Source of the DNA: Candidatus Saccharimonadota bacterium
GTDB taxonomy: Bacteria; Patescibacteriota; Saccharimonadia; Saccharimonadales; Saccharimonadaceae
DNA length: 64,000 nt
Direction: 5' to 3'
NCBI GenBank assembly: GCA_905365145.1
Contig: CAJPIO010000001.1
Span: forward strand, 63,484 to 127,483
Within the stretch, counting starts at the first letter, position 1, and each line of letters opens with the position of its first letter. The notes beneath the pieces were generated by a model. It saw only the letters and a program-made list of their open reading frames with translations, was not told the origin of the DNA and did not search any database. The position numbers were made by a program, and so were the translations under genes. This document shows, in pieces, positions 60,522-64,000 of this stretch.

Positions 60522-61386
60522 GTTTTTGCCTTTCTAGCAGTGAAAAGAAGCTGCCGACGACGTCCTCTTCTCCGGAAATTCGCTCGCTGACGACACCCAA
60601 GCGCTCCAGGGTAGTGGAATATTCACGGTAGTACGACTGCTGCTCACGGTCGAAATCAGCCTGCAACTTCGTTTGTTTGCGAATAAAATAAGGCAGCTCA
60701 GCCAGATCGTCGATATCATAAAAACTGCGGTTTCCGTCAAGTCCTGAAGCGTCATTGACAGTTATCCATAATATCTCGTGCTGGGCGCGCAGCCGCCGGA
60801 TAATATGCTGGTGCTCGCTGGTCAGTTCATCGTCGTTGGCGACCACTACCAGCATCATCTTGCGCCGTAAATTGCGTGCGATATATTCAAGCTGATTTAC
60901 AATATTGCTCGGCGCTGCTGCTAGCTGAGTATTCTTTTCAATGTGCCGCAGTAGCTGCTCGATATGCCGATCGTCGCCTTTGAAAGGAATATAGGTGTTA
61001 TTTTTGGCGTCGCCGGACACCAGTCCGATCAAATCGCCGTGCCGCAATACGATGTAGCCTAAAACTCCGGCAGCCATGATGCTGATGTCGCGCTTATTGC
61101 TGCCGCTTTTACCGGTCGCTGCCATGTGGCGGCCAGTGTCGACTACTAATAAAATATTATGTTTGCGGATTGCTTGGTAGCGCCGGATTCGAATACCGCT
61201 ACTGCGAGCAGTCGCTTTCCAGTCGATATCTTTTACATCGTCGCCAGGAATGTATTCGCGCAAGTCATCAAAATCAAGACTGCGCCCCTTAAATACCGAT
61301 CCGTATTGACCGTCCAGCAAACTCCACACCTTTTCGTGGGTGTAGAGATCCATCTTGGCTTTGACTTTGGCGAAGAGACTTGGCAT
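60505..61386 (-). CDS. DUF58 protein
   Basis: FKGRSLDFDDLREYIPGDDVKDIDWKATAR motif. Confidence 0.93.
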   Translation of the reverse strand: MPSLFAKVKAKMDLYTHEKVWSLLDGQYGSVFKGRSLDFDDLREYIPGDDVKDIDWKATARSSGIRIRRYQAIRKHNILLVVDTGRHMAATGKSGSNKRDISIMAAGVLGYIVLRHGDLIGLVSGDAKNNTYIPFKGDDRHIEQLLRHIEKNTQLAAAPSNIVNQLEYIARNLRRKMMLVVVANDDELTSEHQHIIRRLRAQHEILWITVNDASGLDGNRSFYDIDDLAELPYFIRKQTKLQADFDREQQSYYREYSTTLERLGVVSERISGEEDVVGSFFSLLERQKHARWH

Positions 61387-61387
61387 A

Positions 61388-62587
61388 TTACGGCACAGGA
61401 ACAGCGTTAAATATCGAATCAATGATAACTTCTGGATGAACTTGGTCGGCGATGGCTTCAAAGTTGAGGATAATGCGGTGGCGCAATACGCTGTGGCGTA
61501 ATTGTTTGACGTCCTCTGGAATAACGTAATTTCGGCCGTTAATCAGCGCGAGGGCTTTGGCGACTTGCTGGAAAGCGATACTGGCGCGCGGGCTGGCGCC
61601 GTATTGAACGTAGCGCGCCGTTTCGCTTGGTATGATTGAGACTGGATTGCGCGTTGCCGAGACAATTTTCACAATATAATTCTTAATAGCGTCGTCAATG
61701 TATACTTTTTGCGCCAAGTTTTGTAGCGTCTCGACCGCCGCCAGCTCAATATTCGGTGTATTGCTATTATTTGGCGCCTCGCTTAATTTGCCCGATTCTA
61801 TGCGTTTCAAGATCTCTAATTCCTCGTCCGGAGCAGGGTAGGATAAAACTTCTTTCAATAAAAAGCGGTCTAGCTGTGCCTCTGGCAGCTCGTAAGTTCC
61901 TTCCTGTTCAATCGGGTTCTGGGTAGCTAGCACAATGAAAGGTTTCGGTAGATCGTAGCGTTGTCCGCCGATGCTGGTCTGCTTTTCTTGCATCGCTTCC
62001 AGCATGGCGCTTTGAGTTTTGGCGCTGGAGCGGTTAATTTCGTCCAGTAGTACGAAATTGGCGTGCACTGGACCCAGTTCGGTGCGGAACTCGCCTTTGT
62101 TATAATCGTAAATCTGCGTACCGATGATGTCGCTTGGTAGCAAGTCTGGCGTGCATTGAATGCGCTTGAACGAGCCGTGGACGCTGGCGGCTAGCGTCTG
62201 CACGGCTGTCGTTTTGGCAAGACCCGGCACGCTTTCTAGCAGAATGTGTCCGCCAGTCATCAAGCTAACCATCAATGCCGTTCGCAAGTTTTCTTGTCCA
62301 ACCACTCGCGACGAGAAAGCGTCGAAAACAGTCTGGATATTTTGGTTAGCTGCGGCCAGCTCGTCGTCGCTGATCGGCGCAGACGCAGGTTGAAATTGCG
62401 TCGCTGGCTGTGCGGCAGACTGGGATTGTGCTGCTGGCGTGGTTGCCAGTTGAGATTGCGCTGCCAGCTCGGTTGCCGGTTGAGATTGCGCTTCTGGCAT
62501 AGCTGCGGACGCACCATTGTCTGCCGGAGAATCCGACTGAGCTGGCGCTGGTTCTTGGTCTGCTGATGTAAACAGATTTGGATTCAT
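61388..62587 (-). CDS. moxR: MoxR family AAA+ ATPase
   Basis: HILLESVPGLAKT, RIQCTPDLLPSD, DEINR and ATQNPIEQEGTY.LPEAQLDRF motifs. Confidence 0.95.
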   Translation of the reverse strand: MNPNLFTSADQEPAPAQSDSPADNGASAAMPEAQSQPATELAAQSQLATTPAAQSQSAAQPATQFQPASAPISDDELAAANQNIQTVFDAFSSRVVGQENLRTALMVSLMTGGHILLESVPGLAKTTAVQTLAASVHGSFKRIQCTPDLLPSDIIGTQIYDYNKGEFRTELGPVHANFVLLDEINRSSAKTQSAMLEAMQEKQTSIGGQRYDLPKPFIVLATQNPIEQEGTYELPEAQLDRFLLKEVLSYPAPDEELEILKRIESGKLSEAPNNSNTPNIELAAVETLQNLAQKVYIDDAIKNYIVKIVSATRNPVSIIPSETARYVQYGASPRASIAFQQVAKALALINGRNYVIPEDVKQLRHSVLRHRIILNFEAIADQVHPEVIIDSIFNAVPVP

Positions 62588-62602
62588 AATAATTATTCCT
62601 TT

Positions 62603-63256
62603 CTATGTCCAATATTGCGAAATATTCGTTACTAATAAGCGGCACTCTTCCGGCGTGTAGCTGTCTTTTTGCTCGAAATAATGCTCCGCCGGAAACATAT
62701 GCGTCATGACGTCCAGGGCGACATCTTTGTCGGTTTGCAGATGAAAATAATCTGCTGCCGTACTATCTACATTGCCGCCCAGCCCGTATAAGGCTCTGTA
62801 GCGCACACTCTTCAAATATTCCAAAGCCATCGCAATCTCTATCCGGTCTTCGACGATGTCGCCGGTCAGCAGCAACACTCTTCCATTGAGCCCTTCCTTA
62901 GAAAATGTCCCGTATTGATCGAGAATGCGATTCAGCTCAGAAAAGGCCTGGCGCTTCATGTCTTCTAGTACCGAGCGGGATTCTAGCTCAATGCCGTCGC
63001 GCTGCGGTTTTTCCAGATCAGGGTTCCACGTAAACATGCCTGCCGGATTAATCAGCCCGACCACCCGCGGATCGCCAGGGATAATGATTCGCTTGCTGAG
63101 CAAAGGAAACACCCAAGCGTTAATCTCGCTCGCCAAACCAATGCAAGCTGTCAGCGCATCTTCTTTCAGCGCGATAACGACCGCTTCCTGGCCCTTCAAA
63201 TCGCTCACGCGCCCCGCCAAAGTCCGCCCCAGCTCAATCCTATTGATATAGTACAT
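62603..63256 (-). CDS. Degenerate phosphoribosyltransferase-like protein
   Basis: NRIELGRTLA..VVIAL start and NGRVLLLTGD resemble the FRDR..AG..LA PRT family; the PRPP loop is not canonical. Confidence 0.55.
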   Translation of the reverse strand: MYYINRIELGRTLAGRVSDLKGQEAVVIALKEDALTACIGLASEINAWVFPLLSKRIIIPGDPRVVGLINPAGMFTWNPDLEKPQRDGIELESRSVLEDMKRQAFSELNRILDQYGTFSKEGLNGRVLLLTGDIVEDRIEIAMALEYLKSVRYRALYGLGGNVDSTAADYFHLQTDKDVALDVMTHMFPAEHYFEQKDSYTPEECRLLVTNISQYWT

Positions 63257-63473
63257 ACTGGTTATGATTATGCCTGAAAGCGCGGGAGAATGCAATTGCG
63301 GCGGATACTTGTCTGTTTCAGATTGCAGTAAACTAGCCTATATTCATTAAGTGTATGATTTTAATCTCGCCGCTCTACCTGTACCATACATTGCGCCAAG
63401 CGTCAATGAGATGTTACAGTAGCCTAGTGGCTTGACTGGAAATCATGTATAATAATGTCTGAAGGGAATTATC

Positions 63474-64000
63474 ATGCAAAAAAACGAAAAAATCCTCAAA
63501 CGGCAATCGACTAAAATCTTCTTTGATAATGACGATGCCGATTTCTTTTTCAACTGGATGCTCGGTGTGGCGGAGCTGTTCGGGATGTCGCATGGTGAGT
63601 TGTTCTATCTGGCACATAAGATCGGGCGCGACGGAAAACCGAGTAAGTGGCGATCCTGTTTTACGGACCATGCTGATTATCTTGTTCGCTCGGCAAAAGC
63701 AGCCACCGGTGAACAAATGGCTGTCGACTGCTATTTTGGCGCAACCTATGCCTATCGGGCAGTACTGCAGTTCGCTGATCCGTTTTCTCCGGAATATCCG
63801 AAGCTTGTCGGCGCTATGGAAGACGCTTTCGCTGGTGCCGCTAAGGCGATAGATATACCGATCAAATCCGTGCGCGTTCCGTATCAAACCGGCTATTTAC
63901 CCGGCTACTATCTTCACTGCGACAGCAAGCGTCCGACCGTGGTCATGGTCGGCGGCGGTGATACGTACCGGGAGGATTTGTTTTATTTTGCTGGTTGGCC
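63474..64000 (+). CDS. Alpha/beta hydrolase (FrsA/esterase-like), truncated by the window end
   Basis: Not in the ORF track. Hand translation: MQKNEKILKRQSTKIFFDNDDADFFFNW...VPYQTGYLPGYY..RPTVVMVGGGDTYREDLFYFAG. Confidence 0.8.
   Translation, partial: MQKNEKILKRQSTKIFFDNDDADFFFNWMLGVAELFGMSHGELFYLAHKIGRDGKPSKWRSCFTDHADYLVRSAKAATGEQMAVDCYFGATYAYRAVLQFADPFSPEYPKLVGAMEDAFAGAAKAIDIPIKSVRVPYQTGYLPGYYLHCDSKRPTVVMVGGGDTYREDLFYFAGW

Overview
A 64 kb chromosomal segment of a small-genome bacterium. Gene content and style (rplA with an N-terminal extension and separated from rplK, xfp-ackA fermentation, SGNH/CAP/LysM-CHAP surface proteins, many leaderless-looking starts) best fit Saccharibacteria (TM7, Patescibacteria); this placement is my inference. 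Most of the window is housekeeping: xfp, ackA, rlmD, nrnA, rplA, thyA, folA, dcd, tmk, rplJ, rplL, dnaX, dnaB, ybaB, recR, uvrC, secG, ligA, rarA, typA and eight tRNAs. Accessory genes include a flavodoxin-cupin-CMD trio, an ArgA/ArgE-like pair, an NDT-like/kinase/ABC cluster and a MoxR-DUF58-VWA-TPR operon. Highlights: (1) at the left edge, a cassette array in which a secreted SGNH hydrolase gene is followed by a small membrane gene, an orphan copy of the hydrolase C-terminus and a second, diverged membrane gene, as in effector-immunity arrays; (2) loss of the Zn/Fe-S cysteine motifs from five housekeeping proteins; (3) a highly diverged RelA/SpoT-like protein; (4) several unassigned structured RNAs, including a tRNA-Ala leader carrying both a sense duplicate and an antisense copy of the tRNA; (5) a 5 x 22 bp phased repeat. 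No CRISPR array, rRNA, integrase or transposase was seen. All calls come from motif recognition by eye; no searches were run.
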